This document shows positions 25,665-37,000 of a stretch of 64,000 nucleotides of DNA, piece after piece. The DNA is taken from positions 98 to 64,097 of the forward strand of contig JAZLGB010000012.1 in the NCBI GenBank assembly GCA_045616085.1, written 5' to 3'. The position numbers and the translations under genes are program-made. Position 1 is the stretch's first letter, and each line of letters starts with the position of its first letter. The stretch is from Treponema sp. Lineage in GTDB: Bacteria > Spirochaetota > Spirochaetia > Treponematales > Treponemataceae. A model generated the notes under the pieces. The model did no database searches and had not been told where the DNA came from. It saw nothing but the letters and a program-made list of their open reading frames with translations.

Positions 25665-25693
25665 GTCATTGCAAGGCGAAGCCGCGGCAATCT
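25665..25693. repeat. Small REP-like palindromic element
   Basis: GTCATTGCAAGGCGAAGCCGCGGCAATCT (ATTGC/GCAAT stem, GGC-GAA-GCC hairpin), resembling GTCATTGCGAG..GCAATC-type repeats. Confidence 0.5.
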
Positions 25694-25711
25694 TATTCCG
25701 TTCCTCTCAAC

Positions 25712-26581
25712 CTACTGCTTGTTAATAATCAATTTAGTTCCAGCTGGAACCGATTCAGTAACCCAGGTATTACCACCGATTACGCTGCCTTTCCCGATGA
25801 CAGTCTGACCGCCAAGAATTGTGGCACCTGCATAAATTGTTACGTCGTCTTCGATTGTTGGGTGACGTTTTTTGTTCATCAATTCTTTCTTTACGCTAAG
25901 GGCACCTAAAGTTACGCCCTGGTAAATCTTTACGTTGTTCCCGATTACAGTTGATTCCCCAATTACAACGCCAGTTCCATGATCAATAAAGAATGATTCT
26001 CCAATCTCTGCACCTGGATTAATGTCGATTCCAGTTCTGCCGTGAACATGTTCGCTCATAATACGAGGGATGATTGGAACTCCGTTTTTGTAAAGGAAGT
26101 GAGCAACACGATATGTCATGATGGCTCTGATTCCAGGATAAGAGATGATTACATCAGCATTGCTTTTTGCAGCAGGGTCACCTTTGAATGCGGCTTCAAC
26201 ATCAAGCATCAACATTCTGCGGATTTCAGGCAACTGTTCGATTAGTGCAAAAGTTGTCTGTTCTGCCAATTTAAAGCAATGTGAATCCTTGAATTTTGTG
26301 CTGTCCATGTTGCTGGCACATACTGTATAGGCAAGCGCTTTCTGAATTTCCTTTGTGAGGGTGGCGATGATGTTGTTCACTCGCTGACCTGTGATGTATC
26401 TGATGTTTGTAGGATGAATGTCTTCCGCAACCTTGAAGCCCGGGAAGATGAGGCACTGGAGGTCGTCCAAAACAGCAATTACATTTTCTCTGTTTGGAAA
26501 GTTTTCTGACTCAGATCTGTTGATTCCGCCGTATCTGTCATAGGAATCAAGAAGTCCGTCAATCAACATATCAATATTCAT
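25712..26581 (-). CDS. cysE: Serine O-acetyltransferase (CysE/EpsC type)
   Basis: GDPAA, GIDINPGA, FFIDHGTGVVIGE, KRHPT hexapeptide motifs; GGAGG favours ATG 26581. Confidence 0.9.
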   Translation of the reverse strand: MNIDMLIDGLLDSYDRYGGINRSESENFPNRENVIAVLDDLQCLIFPGFKVAEDIHPTNIRYITGQRVNNIIATLTKEIQKALAYTVCASNMDSTKFKDSHCFKLAEQTTFALIEQLPEIRRMLMLDVEAAFKGDPAAKSNADVIISYPGIRAIMTYRVAHFLYKNGVPIIPRIMSEHVHGRTGIDINPGAEIGESFFIDHGTGVVIGESTVIGNNVKIYQGVTLGALSVKKELMNKKRHPTIEDDVTIYAGATILGGQTVIGKGSVIGGNTWVTESVPAGTKLIINKQ

Positions 26582-26677
26582 AAAGGTGACCTCCAATATT
26601 GAGGAAATATTAACATTTAACAGAGTAAAAAACTACATAAAATTCTTTAAATATCTTAAATTCAATAGCAAATTCAA

Positions 26678-26706
26678 TTGACACAAAATCCACTCTTCTA
26701 TATATT
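26678..26706 (+). promoter_or_regulatory. Sigma70 promoter of the tRNA-Thr/rpmG/secE/nusG operon
   Basis: TTGACA-N17-TATATT. Confidence 0.75.
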
Positions 26707-26749
26707 TTTAGAACGCATATTTTGAAGATATAAAAAAGGGTGCGTAAAC

Positions 26750-26822
26750 GCCCTTGTAGCTCAGTCGGTAGAGCGCAGCCATGGTAAGGCTGAGGTCTGC
26801 GGTTCAAACCCGCACGGGGGCT
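26750..26822 (+). tRNA. tRNA-Thr(GGT)
   Basis: Cloverleaf GCCCTTG...CGGGGGCT, anticodon arm CAGCC-ATGGTAA-GGCTG, GGTTCAA T-loop; CCA not encoded. Confidence 0.95.
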
Positions 26823-26866
26823 CGAGGTTTCTTTCAAAAGAACAAAACTTTTTAGGAGTTATAGAT

Positions 26867-27043
26867 ATGGGTAGCAAGAAAAAGGGTGCAGTTGAAATTG
26901 TAGCTTTGATGTGTTCAGAATGTAAGCGCAAGAACTATACTACAACAAAGAATCGTAAGAATATCACTGGCAAACTTGAATTCAATAAGTATTGTCCATT
27001 TGATCGCAAGCACACATTGCACAAAGAAACAAAGGCAAAATAA
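26867..27043 (+). CDS. rpmG: 50S ribosomal protein L33
   Basis: Manual translation [32 protein letters not shown]...[18 protein letters not shown]. Confidence 0.95.
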   Translation: MGSKKKGAVEIVALMCSECKRKNYTTTKNRKNITGKLEFNKYCPFDRKHTLHKETKAK

Positions 27044-27073
27044 GCTTAAGTTTTAAAAAATTATTTGTATATA

Positions 27074-27095
27074 ACTGACTGAATATTCAGTCAGT
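27074..27095. repeat. Perfect 22-bp palindrome
   Basis: ACTGACTGAATATTCAGTCAGT. Confidence 0.85.
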
Positions 27096-27104
27096 AGTAT
27101 ATAT

Positions 27105-27177
27105 AGGGCAGTAGTTCAGTTGGTAGAGCAGCGGTCTCCAAAACCGCCTGTCGTGGGTTCAAGTCCTGCCTGCCCTG
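27105..27177 (+). tRNA. tRNA-Trp(CCA)
   Basis: AGGGCAG...CTGCCCTG, anticodon arm GCGGT-CTCCAAA-ACCGC; CCA not encoded. Confidence 0.95.
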
Positions 27178-27205
27178 TCTTTTTAATAAAGTCGTTGGAG
27201 GAATT

Positions 27206-27409
27206 ATGTCAAAAATCGGTCAGTTTTTCCGTGAAAGCAAAGCAGAATTGAAAAAGGTTGTATGGCCAACACGTGATGATGTTGTTTCATCAATCAAAGT
27301 AGTAATTATCTCCACAATTCTTATCGCAGTAGTTCTCGGGGCTTTGGACTTGGGATTCGGTAAAGGTTTTTCAGCTTTGATGGATCTTGCTTCAAAAATC
27401 AATAAATAG
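27206..27409 (+). CDS. secE: Preprotein translocase SecE
   Basis: ELKKVVWPT plus TM helix; synteny. Confidence 0.95.
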   Translation: MSKIGQFFRESKAELKKVVWPTRDDVVSSIKVVIISTILIAVVLGALDLGFGKGFSALMDLASKINK

Positions 27410-27420
27410 GTTAAATATTT

Positions 27421-27981
27421 ATGTCAAAGAACTGGTACATTCTTCATACTTACACAGGTTATGAAGGAAAAATCGAAAGAACAATCAGAGCCCTTATCGA
27501 AAAGGGTGATCTTGACGGTGCTGTTGTAACAGACGTTAAAGTTCCTGTTGAAGAAATCGTAGAAGTAAAAGACGGTAAAAAGAAAACTCGCAAGGATAAG
27601 TTCCTTCCTGGTTATCTTATGATTGAACTTGATCTTCCTGAACTTGGATGGAAGGCTACATGTTCTGCATTACGTCGTATTCAGGGTGTAACAGGTTTCG
27701 TTGGAACAGACCCAAATACTCGTCCAAAACCAATCAGTGCAGCAGAAGCTAGAAACCTTCTCCAGAAGTCTGGTGTTATCAAAGGTGAAAAGCAGGTTAA
27801 GATTAAGCAGTCTTATGCAGTTGGTGATGTTGTTAAAATCACTGATGGTCCATTCGCTTCATTCTCTGGAAATATTGAAGAAGTTAATGACGAAAAAGAT
27901 AAGTTGCGCGTAAACGTACAGATCTTCGGTCGTGCAACACCAGTTGAAGTTTCGATGCTTCAGGTGGAAAAAGTAAACTAG
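27421..27981 (+). CDS. nusG: Transcription factor NusG
   Basis: WYILHTYTGYE, FLPGY, KOW domain GPFASFSG, IFGRATPVE. Confidence 0.97.
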   Translation: MSKNWYILHTYTGYEGKIERTIRALIEKGDLDGAVVTDVKVPVEEIVEVKDGKKKTRKDKFLPGYLMIELDLPELGWKATCSALRRIQGVTGFVGTDPNTRPKPISAAEARNLLQKSGVIKGEKQVKIKQSYAVGDVVKITDGPFASFSGNIEEVNDEKDKLRVNVQIFGRATPVEVSMLQVEKVN

Positions 27982-27991
27982 AACAAAATAT

Positions 27992-28029
27992 CAGGTGCTC
28001 GCTTGCCAAGGCGGGCATTACCTGTTTTT
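27992..28029 (+). terminator. Hairpin plus T5 after nusG (terminator/attenuator)
   Basis: CAGGTGCTCGCTT...AAGGCGGGCATTACCTGTTTTT. Confidence 0.5.
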
Positions 28030-28097
28030 GGGAGAGGTGCAGGTCCGTTGGACAGAGGCATCTCGTTAGAGCAAGTTGTATGGCAGCTCATACCAAT
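28027..28097 (+). promoter_or_regulatory. Probable L1-binding rplK leader
   Basis: TTGGGAG...ACCAA flanks with internal hairpins directly before the rplK SD. Confidence 0.4.
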
Positions 28098-28111
28098 TTA
28101 GGAGAATCACA

Positions 28112-28543
28112 ATGGCAACAAAGAAGGTAACAGCCGTAATCAAATTGCAGTGTCCAGCAGGCGCAGCTACTCCGGCTCCTCCAATCGGTCCAGCTCTTGG
28201 ACCTCACGGTGTTTCAGCACCAAAGTTTGTCCAGGAATTCAACGACAGAACTAAGACTATGGAAAAAGGACTTATCATCCCTGTAGTTCTTACTGTTTAT
28301 GCGGACAAATCTTACACTTTCATTCTTAAGACTCCTCCAGCAGCAGTTCTTATCAAGAAAGCACTCAAGATTCAGAAGGGATCTGGTAACCCACTTTTGA
28401 ACAAAGTAGGTACTCTTTCTAAGAAAGATCTCGAAGAAATCGCAAAGACAAAGCTCCCAGATGTTAACGCTAACGATCTCGAAGCTTGTAAAAAAATCAT
28501 TGCCGGTACTGCACGCAGTATGGGTGTAGAGGTGGAACAGTAA
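28112..28543 (+). CDS. rplK: 50S ribosomal protein L11
   Basis: [19 protein letters not shown]; AGGAG SD. Confidence 0.97.
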   Translation: MATKKVTAVIKLQCPAGAATPAPPIGPALGPHGVSAPKFVQEFNDRTKTMEKGLIIPVVLTVYADKSYTFILKTPPAAVLIKKALKIQKGSGNPLLNKVGTLSKKDLEEIAKTKLPDVNANDLEACKKIIAGTARSMGVEVEQ

Positions 28544-28544
28544 T

Positions 28545-29222
28545 ATGAAACACGGAAAGAAATACCGCGCATCTGCCGCAAAATATGATTTGACAAAAAA
28601 ATACGATGTAGCATCTGCATGTAAGATGGTACAGGATATGAAAGTTGCAAAATTCGACGAAACAGTAGAATGTCACTTGAACCTCAAGATGGACAAGTCT
28701 ATGTCTGTTCGTGATACATTGGTTTTCCCTAACCAGTTCAAGGGCGAAAAGAAAGTTCTTGTATTCTGTCAGGGTGATCGTGTAGAAGAAGCTCTCAAAG
28801 CTGGTGCAGCTTATGCTGGTACAGAATACATCGAAAAAGTAAAGGGTGGTTGGCTCGACTTCGACGTTGCTGTTGCTACTCCTGATATGATGAAAGATGT
28901 AGGACGTCTCGGTATGGTTTTGGGTCGTAAGGGTCTTATGCCTAACCCTAAAACTGGAACTGTAACAAACGATATCGTTGCAGCTATCAGTGAACTTAAG
29001 AAGGGTCGTACAGAATATCGTGCTGACAAGACAGGTGTTGTACACATTGCTGTTGGTAAGGTTTCTATGGATCCAGCTAAAGTTGCTGAAAACATCAATG
29101 TACTGCTTTCTGAAGTTGGAAAGAAAGCTCCTAACGGAGTTGTTGAAAACTTCATCTTGTCAGTATCACTTAGTTCAACTATGGGCCCAGGTGTTTGGGT
29201 TACTATGAAGGATGGTGAATAA
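28545..29222 (+). CDS. rplA: 50S ribosomal protein L1
   Basis: KFDETVE, GLMPNPKTGT, STMGPG. Confidence 0.97.
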   Translation: MKHGKKYRASAAKYDLTKKYDVASACKMVQDMKVAKFDETVECHLNLKMDKSMSVRDTLVFPNQFKGEKKVLVFCQGDRVEEALKAGAAYAGTEYIEKVKGGWLDFDVAVATPDMMKDVGRLGMVLGRKGLMPNPKTGTVTNDIVAAISELKKGRTEYRADKTGVVHIAVGKVSMDPAKVAENINVLLSEVGKKAPNGVVENFILSVSLSSTMGPGVWVTMKDGE

Positions 29223-29224
29223 TT

Positions 29225-29752
29225 ATGGCAATGATGGCAACAAAAATTCAGTCTGCTAAAACAGCAGCTATTGAAGAAGCAAAAAAGACATTTGCTGACT
29301 ATAATAACTTCATCTTCGCTGATTACCGCGGAATGACAGTTGAACAGATTACACAGCTCCGTAAGAAGTTGCGTGAACAGAACGCTACACTCAAAGTTGT
29401 AAAGAATAACTTTGCACGTATCGCATTCGAATCTATGGACATCAACAATGTTGCTGACCTCCTTAAGGGTCCAACAGTAGTTGCAATGACTACAGAAGAT
29501 GCTAACGTTGTAGCAAAAACTCTTTTCGACTTCGCTAAAGAAGCTGGAAAGGAAAATCCAGTTCTTACTGTAAAGGGTGCTTGTGTAGAAAAGGAAATCT
29601 TCGACGCTGCAAAGATCGAAGCTTTCTCAAAGGTTCCTGGAAAGAAAGAACTTATCGCTATGCTTATGTCTGCAATCAACGGCCCAGCTCGTCAGCTTGC
29701 AGCTACAATCAAGGCATACGCAGAAAAGAAAGAAGCAGAAGGTTCAAACTAA
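29225..29752 (+). CDS. rplJ: 50S ribosomal protein L10
   Basis: DYRGMTV, VVKNN; synteny. Confidence 0.95.
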   Translation: MAMMATKIQSAKTAAIEEAKKTFADYNNFIFADYRGMTVEQITQLRKKLREQNATLKVVKNNFARIAFESMDINNVADLLKGPTVVAMTTEDANVVAKTLFDFAKEAGKENPVLTVKGACVEKEIFDAAKIEAFSKVPGKKELIAMLMSAINGPARQLAATIKAYAEKKEAEGSN

Positions 29753-29922
29753 TTGCTTCTTAATAGAGACCAAAAAGGTTTCTTAAAACTAAATCAAAAA
29801 CCCGTTCAGGCTTCATAGCTGTCGACTGTCCGGGATGATTTGCAGAACGGTTCGTATGAATCACTTACTGCACGACCTTCGGGTTGAAATATTTTTATAA
29901 ACATATTTGTGAGGAAGACAAT

Positions 29923-30300
29923 ATGGCAGCATTAACAACAGATCAGATTCTTGATGCAATTTCTAGCATGACAGTTCTCGAATGTTCAGAACTCGTAAAA
30001 GCTATGGAAGAAAAATTCGGTGTAACAGCAGCAGTAGCAGTAGCAGCAGCTCCAGCAGCAGGGGCAGGTGCAGCAGCTGAAGAACAGACAGAATTCACAG
30101 TTTCTTTGGATTCATTCGATGCAGCTCAGAAGATCGCTTGTATCAAAGCTGTTCGTGAAATCACAGGTCTCGGACTTGGTGAAGCTAAGGCTCTCGTAGA
30201 AGGTGCTCCAAAGGTACTCAAAGAAGGTGTATCTAAGGCTGACGCTGATGAAATGATCAAGAAGATCGAAGCAGCTGGTGGTAAGGCTTCTAAGAAATAA
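29923..30300 (+). CDS. rplL: 50S ribosomal protein L7/L12
   Basis: EEKFGVTAA, Ala hinge, [12 protein letters not shown]. Confidence 0.97.
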   Translation: MAALTTDQILDAISSMTVLECSELVKAMEEKFGVTAAVAVAAAPAAGAGAAAEEQTEFTVSLDSFDAAQKIACIKAVREITGLGLGEAKALVEGAPKVLKEGVSKADADEMIKKIEAAGGKASKK

Positions 30301-30326
30301 GTTAGTTAAACTAGCTTAAATAAATG

Positions 30327-30363
30327 ACAAAAACTGCAGGGTTTTTCGCTCTGCAGTTTTTGT
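30327..30363 (+). terminator. Terminator/attenuator between rplL and rpoB
   Basis: AAAAACTGCAGGG...CTCTGCAGTTTTT. Confidence 0.7.
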
Positions 30364-30508
30364 GCGTTTAAAAGATTTATTTAGTTCTTTAAAATTTGTA
30401 CATAAATTCGCCTTTCCCAAGGCAAAATCAGTTAAGTGGATTCTGTGCTGTGCAGAGTTTCTAGCATGTAGCAGGTCCAAACTGAACTTATCTTATTTGG
30501 GGGACATG

Positions 30509-33500
30509 ATGTTCGCTAAAACACGAACTATCAATCGTCAGTACATCGGTAAGGATATCCAGAACTTTATGGATATTCCAAATCTGATTGCTATTCAGAC
30601 TTCTTCTTATGAAAGTTTTCTTCAGGCAGAAAGACTGAAGAGAGGGGAACCATTACTTAATCAGGGACTTCAGGAAGCATTCACTTCTACATTCCCTATT
30701 GAAAGTCCAAATGGTGACATGTCACTTGAGTTCGAATACTATGAACTCGACTACGCTAACATCAAATACACTGAACTTGAATGTAAGCAGAAGGGTGTAA
30801 CTTATTCTGTTCCATTGAAAGCAAGAATCGATCTTACTTTCTTGAACGACGGTCACATCATTCAGAAAGACATCTACATGGGTGATATCCCACTCATGAC
30901 TGATCGTGGTACATTCATCATTAACGGTGCAGAACGCGTTGTTGTTTCTCAGATTCACCGTTCTCCTGGTGTAATTTTCCAGCATGACAAGGGTGTATGG
31001 TCAAGCCGTATCATTCCTTACCGTGGTTCATGGTTGGAATTTGAAATCGATCAGAAAAAAGAATTGATTTACGCTAAGATCGACCGTAAAAAGAAGATCC
31101 TTGGTACAATCTTCCTTCGCGCACTTGGATACAACACTCGTGAAGAAATCATCCGTTGTTTCTACAAGACAGAAACTGTAAAGGTTGTCGATTCAACAGA
31201 AGCTCGCGAAGCACTTGTTGAAAAAGTTCTTGCAGATGCAGTAATCATTAAGGATGAAAATGGAGAAGAAAAGCGCCTCTTTAATGCTGGTGTTCGCCTT
31301 CATCCACATGACATTGATGATCTTGTTGCTAACAACATTACAGAAATCAACGTTATCAAATTCAACACAAAACAGAATCCTAACGATAAAGATGAAAAGA
31401 ATGATTCACTTGATTCGCAGATCATCGTTAACTGTTTTGACAGAGAAGAAGTTCGCTTCGTAGAAGAAGGTTCTATCGATATGGAACCAAGCAAAGACAA
31501 GGCTCTCGCTGAAGTTTATGCAATTCTTATGCCTGGTGAACCAATCACAGTTGAAGCTGCAGAAAAAGATTTGAACTCTATGTTCTTCTCTGAACGCCGC
31601 TATGACCTTGGTCGTGTTGGACGTTACAAGTTGAACAAGAAATTCGACTATAGTGATGATGTTAAAGATTCAACTCTTATTAAAGAAGATATCATCAACA
31701 CAATGAAGACTCTCATTAACGTTTATATCGGTGAAGATGTAATCGATGATATCGATCACCTTGGAAACCGTCGTATCCGTTGTGTAGGAGAACTTCTTAC
31801 AAATCAGTTGAAGACTGCTTTCAGCCGTATGGAACGTATTGTTAAAGAACGCATGAGCTTGAAAGAAACAGAAACTATGAAACCACAGGATCTCGTTTCT
31901 ATCAAACCTATCGTTGCTGCAATCCGCGAATTCTTCGGTTCGTCACAGCTTTCACAGTTCATGGATCAGATTAACCCTCTGTCTGAACTTACACATAAGC
32001 GTCGTCTTTCTGCTTTGGGTTCTGGAGGTCTTTCACGTGACCGCGCAGGTTTCGAAGTTCGCGACGTACACTATTCTCATTACGGACGCATGTGTCCTAT
32101 TGAAACTCCTGAAGGTCCAAACATCGGTTTGATCGTATCATTGGCTATGTTCACACGTATCAATGAATACGGATTCCTTGAAGCTCCTTTCCGCAAAGTT
32201 GTTGATGGAAAAGCTACAAAAGAGGTTGAATGGCTTTCAGCTATGGAAGAAGAAAAGTATTACATCGGACAGGTTGTTCCAGGTATCAAGGAAGATGGTT
32301 CATTCCCAACTGACATGATTTCTGTACGCCGTCGTGGTGACTATACTCAGCGCTCTCCAAAAGACGTTGCTTACATTGACGTTTGTCCACGTCAGGTAAT
32401 CTCTGTTTCTGCTTCTTTGATTCCATTTCTTGAACACGACGATGCTAACCGTGCCCTCATGGGTTGTAACATGCAGCGTCAGGGTGTACCTTTGTTGTTC
32501 CCAGAACCACCACACGTTGGTACTGGTATGGAACGTAAGACAGCTTACGATTCAGGTGTACTCGTAAAGGCAAAACATGAAGGTGATGTAGTTTACGTTT
32601 CAAGTGAACTTATCAAGGTTAAGCCAACAGATTCTTCTAATGGTGAAATCAATGAATATCGCCTCGTAAAATATCAGAGAACAAACAATGATACATGGAA
32701 CCACCAGCGTCCAATCGTTGAGGTTGGTGAACATGTAACAGCAGGTCAGGTTCTTGCTGATGGTCCAGCTACATTCAATGGTGAACTTGCTCTTGGTCGC
32801 AACCTTCTCGTTGGTTTCGTACCTTGGAACGGTTACAACTACGAAGATGCTGTACTTATTTCTCAGCGTGTTGTTCGCGAAGATATGTATACAACAATTC
32901 ATATTAAGGAATTTGAAGTAGAAATCCGCGAAACAAAGCTTGGTCCTGAAAAGATCACTCGTGATATTCCAAACACTTCAGAAAAGGCTCTTGATAACCT
33001 TGATGCAGAAGGTATCGTTCGTATTGGTGCTAAGGTTCGTTCTGGTGATATTTTGGTTGGTAAAGTTACTCCAAAATCTGAAACAGAAACAACTCCAGAA
33101 TTTAAGCTCTTGAACTCTATCTTCGGTGAAAAGGCTAAAGAAGTTCGTGATTCTTCACTCCATGTTCCACACGGAATTGAAGGTGTTGTAATCGACATCC
33201 AGCGTATGAAGCGCATGGAAGAAAACAATGAACTTTCACCAGGTGTTGATGAAGTTGTAAAAGTAATCATCGCTAACAAGCGTAAGCTCCGTGAAGGTGA
33301 TAAGATGGCCGGACGCCACGGAAACAAGGGTGTCGTAGCCCGTATTCTTCCACCAGAAGACATGCCATATCTTGAAGATGGTACTCCACTTGATGTTTGT
33401 TTGAACCCACTTGGTGTACCTTCTCGTATGAACATTGGTCAGATCATGGAATCAGAACTTGGTGTTGCAGGTCGTTACCTTAACCAGTTCTTTGAATCTC

Positions 33501-34063
33501 CTGTATTCCAGTCACCAAGCCAGGAACAGATCGCTGCTAAACTTGCAGAAGCTGGTCTTGCTAGTGATGCTAAACAGATCGTTCGTTCTGGTCAGACAGG
33601 TGAACCTTTCATCAACCCAATTTTCGTTGGTGTTATCTACTTCATGAAGTTGCACCACTTGGTTGACGATAAGATGCATGCTCGTTCTACAGGTCCATAC
33701 TCACTCGTTACTCAGCAGCCACTTGGTGGTAAGGCTCAGTTCGGTGGTCAGCGTCTTGGAGAAATGGAAGTTTGGGCTCTTGAAGCTTATGGTGCTGCAA
33801 ACTGTCTTCAGGAAATGATGACAATTAAGTCAGATGATATGACTGGTCGTTCAAAGATTTACGAATCTATCGTAAAGGGTGACCCTTCATCTCCTGCAGG
33901 TGTTCCAGAAGCATTCAACGTAATGGTTCAGGAACTTCGTGGTTTGGCTCTTGATTTCACTATCTATGATGATAAGGGTAAGCAGATTGCTCTTACAGAA
34001 CGTGATCAGGAATTGATTGATAAAGCTGCATCTGGTTTCGATAAGGAGAACACAAATGCGTGA
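30509..34063 (+). CDS. rpoB: RNA polymerase beta subunit
   Basis: [32 protein letters not shown]; start 30506 or 30509. Confidence 0.98.
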   Translation: MFAKTRTINRQYIGKDIQNFMDIPNLIAIQTSSYESFLQAERLKRGEPLLNQGLQEAFTSTFPIESPNGDMSLEFEYYELDYANIKYTELECKQKGVTYSVPLKARIDLTFLNDGHIIQKDIYMGDIPLMTDRGTFIINGAERVVVSQIHRSPGVIFQHDKGVWSSRIIPYRGSWLEFEIDQKKELIYAKIDRKKKILGTIFLRALGYNTREEIIRCFYKTETVKVVDSTEAREALVEKVLADAVIIKDENGEEKRLFNAGVRLHPHDIDDLVANNITEINVIKFNTKQNPNDKDEKNDSLDSQIIVNCFDREEVRFVEEGSIDMEPSKDKALAEVYAILMPGEPITVEAAEKDLNSMFFSERRYDLGRVGRYKLNKKFDYSDDVKDSTLIKEDIINTMKTLINVYIGEDVIDDIDHLGNRRIRCVGELLTNQLKTAFSRMERIVKERMSLKETETMKPQDLVSIKPIVAAIREFFGSSQLSQFMDQINPLSELTHKRRLSALGSGGLSRDRAGFEVRDVHYSHYGRMCPIETPEGPNIGLIVSLAMFTRINEYGFLEAPFRKVVDGKATKEVEWLSAMEEEKYYIGQVVPGIKEDGSFPTDMISVRRRGDYTQRSPKDVAYIDVCPRQVISVSASLIPFLEHDDANRALMGCNMQRQGVPLLFPEPPHVGTGMERKTAYDSGVLVKAKHEGDVVYVSSELIKVKPTDSSNGEINEYRLVKYQRTNNDTWNHQRPIVEVGEHVTAGQVLADGPATFNGELALGRNLLVGFVPWNGYNYEDAVLISQRVVREDMYTTIHIKEFEVEIRETKLGPEKITRDIPNTSEKALDNLDAEGIVRIGAKVRSGDILVGKVTPKSETETTPEFKLLNSIFGEKAKEVRDSSLHVPHGIEGVVIDIQRMKRMEENNELSPGVDEVVKVIIANKRKLREGDKMAGRHGNKGVVARILPPEDMPYLEDGTPLDVCLNPLGVPSRMNIGQIMESELGVAGRYLNQFFESPVFQSPSQEQIAAKLAEAGLASDAKQIVRSGQTGEPFINPIFVGVIYFMKLHHLVDDKMHARSTGPYSLVTQQPLGGKAQFGGQRLGEMEVWALEAYGAANCLQEMMTIKSDDMTGRSKIYESIVKGDPSSPAGVPEAFNVMVQELRGLALDFTIYDDKGKQIALTERDQELIDKAASGFDKENTNA

Positions 34064-37000
34064 TATTCAGGATTTCGCAAGCCTTAAAATTAAATTGGCA
34101 TCACCAGAAACTATCAAAGCATGGTCTTATGGTGAAGTAAAAAAGCCAGAAACTATTAACTATCGTACACTTCGTCCGGAGAAAGATGGTCTTTTCTGTG
34201 AACGCATTTTCGGTACTACTAAGGAATGGGAATGTTATTGTGGAAAATTCAAGTCTATCCGTTATAAGGGTGTAATCTGTGATCGTTGTGGTGTAGAAGT
34301 TACACACTTCAAGGTTCGCCGTGAACGTACTGGTCATATTGAATTGGCTGCTCCTGTTAGCCACATTTGGTATTACCGTTCAGTTCCAAGCCGCATGGGT
34401 CTTCTTCTTGATATGCAGGTTGCTCAGCTTCGTTCTGTTTTGTACTACGAAAAGTACATCGTAATCGATGCTGGTGACACAGACTTGAAGAAAATGCAGC
34501 TTCTTTCAGAAGATGAATATCTTGAAGCACGTGAACGCTATGGTGAAACTTTCACAGCCGACATGGGTGCTGAAGCTATCAAGACTTTGTTGGATTCAAC
34601 AGACCTTGATGCACTTGCTACAGAACTCCGTGCAAAAATGATCGAAAAGGGTGCTAAGAGTGACAAACGTCTCTTGAAGCGCATTGAAATCGTAGAAAAC
34701 TTCCGCTCATCAGGTAACAAGGCATCTTGGATGATTCTTGATGTTATCCCTGTTATTCCACCTGATCTTCGTCCAATGGTTCAGTTGGATGGTGGACGTT
34801 TCGCTACTTCTGACTTGAATGACCTCTATCGTCGTGTTATTAACCGTAATAACCGTCTTAGAAGATTGCAGCTTTTGAATGCTCCAGACATCATCATCCG
34901 CAACGAAAAGCGTATGCTTCAGGAAGCTGTTGATGCATTGTTCGATAACTCAAAGCGTAAGCGTGTAGTTAAGGGTGCTTCAAACCGTCCACTTAAGTCT
35001 ATTTCAGATATGTTGAAGGGTAAGCAGGGACGTTTCCGTCAGAACTTGCTCGGTAAGCGTGTTGACTACTCAGGACGTTCTGTAATCGTTGTAGGACCAG
35101 AACTTAAGCTCTGGCAGTGTGGTCTTCCTACAAAAATGGCTCTCGAATTGTTCAAGCCATTCATCATGAAGAAACTTGTTGATAAACAGGTTGTATTCAA
35201 TATTAAGAAAGCTAAGATGCTTGTAGAACAGGAAGCTCCAGAAGTATTTGGAATCCTTGATGAAGTTGTTCGTGAACACCCAGTTATGCTTAACCGTGCT
35301 CCTACACTTCACCGACTTGGTATCTTGGCATTCGAACCAGTACTTGTAGAAGGTAAAGCTCTTAAGCTTCACCCACTTGCTTGTAAATCATTCAACGCCG
35401 ACTTCGATGGTGACCAGATGGCTATCCACGTTCCTTTGACACAGGCTGCTCAGATGGAATGTTGGACATTGATGCTTTCAGCTCGCAACTTGCTTGACCC
35501 AGCTAACGGTAACACAATCGTAGCTCCTTCTCAGGATATGGTACTTGGTATCTACTACATGACTGCTATCAAGCCTAATGCTAAGGGAACAGGTAAGCGT
35601 TTTGCTGATCCAGATGAAGTTCGTCTTGCTGCAGAATCTGGTGCAATCGAATGGCAGGCTGAAATCATTGTTCCAGCTCCAAAGGATTGTTTCGATGGTG
35701 GTAAGTACAGTTTTGATGGAAAGGCATTCAAGGCTGGTGATTTGATTCACACAACAGCAGGTACTCTTGCATTCAACGAAGCTATGCCAACAGATGTTCG
35801 TTATATCAACAAGCAGATGGGTGACAAAGATCTTAAGAAGATGATCGAACACGTTTATCATACTCAGGGATCTTGGCTTACAGTTCAGATGCTTGATGCT
35901 GTAAAGGCTGTTGGTTACAAGAACGCTACATTCTACGGTGCAACTCTTTCTATGAACGATATCCTCGTTCCAGAAGAAAAGAAAGAAATGGTAGAAAAAG
36001 CTAATGCCGAAGTTGCTAAGATCGTAAAAGATAACGCAATGGGTATCATTACTGATGATGAACGCTTCTCTAAGGTAACTGATATTTGGGCTCGTACAAC
36101 AGAAAACCTTACAAATGTAATGTACGATAAGCTTAAGAAAGATAAAGATGGTTTCAATACTATCTATATGATGGCTACTTCTGGTGCCCGCGGTTCTAAG
36201 AAACAGATTTCTCAGCTTGCCGCTATGCGTGGTCTTATGGCTAAACCGGGTGGAGACATCATCGAACTTCCTGTTAAGTCAAACTTTAAGGAAGGTCTTT
36301 CGGTAATCGAATACTTCATTTCATCAAACGGTGCTCGTAAGGGTCTTTCGGATACTGCTTTGAAGACAGCCGATGCTGGTTACATGACTCGTCGTCTTGT
36401 TGATGTTGCTCAGGATGTTGTTGTAAATGAAGAAGACTGTGGAACAATCAACGGTATTGATTATGCTGCAATTAAGGAAGGTGATGATATCATCGTTCAC
36501 CTTGCAGACCGTATCGTTGGACATTTCACAATTGAACGCGTAATTCACCCAATTACAGGTGAATTGATTTGTGGTGTTAACGAATACATTACTCCAGAAC
36601 TCGCTAAGAAAATCGAAGATGCTGGTGTAGAAAAGGTTAAGCTCCGCACAGTTCTTACTTGTGAAGCTCAGCATGGTATTTGTATTAAGTGTTACGGTCA
36701 GAACCTGGCTCGTAATAAGATTGTTGAAATCGGTGAAGCCGTTGGTATTATTGCTGCTCAGTCAATTGGTCAGCCTGGTACTCAGCTTACTCTTCGTACT
36801 TTCCATTCCGGTGGTACTGCTGATAAGGCAGTTGAAGATAACCGTATCGTTCTTAAGTACAATGCTATTATCAATGATGTACAGGGTACTCATGTAGAAA
36901 TGGCGGATGGTTCATGGCTCTTTACTCGTAAGGGGCATATGGATGTTATCCGTGTTCTTGACTCTGTTGTGATTGAGAGTGGTGATAAGCTTGCTGTTGA

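Noticed and set aside
25634-25909. 91-aa + strand ORF after the sRNA
   Set aside because: It starts inside the terminator stem and is mostly antisense to cysE.
26750-27177. tRNAs lacking encoded CCA; possible integration sites
   Set aside because: Common in many bacteria; no duplicated tRNA 3' end or integrase seen in the window.
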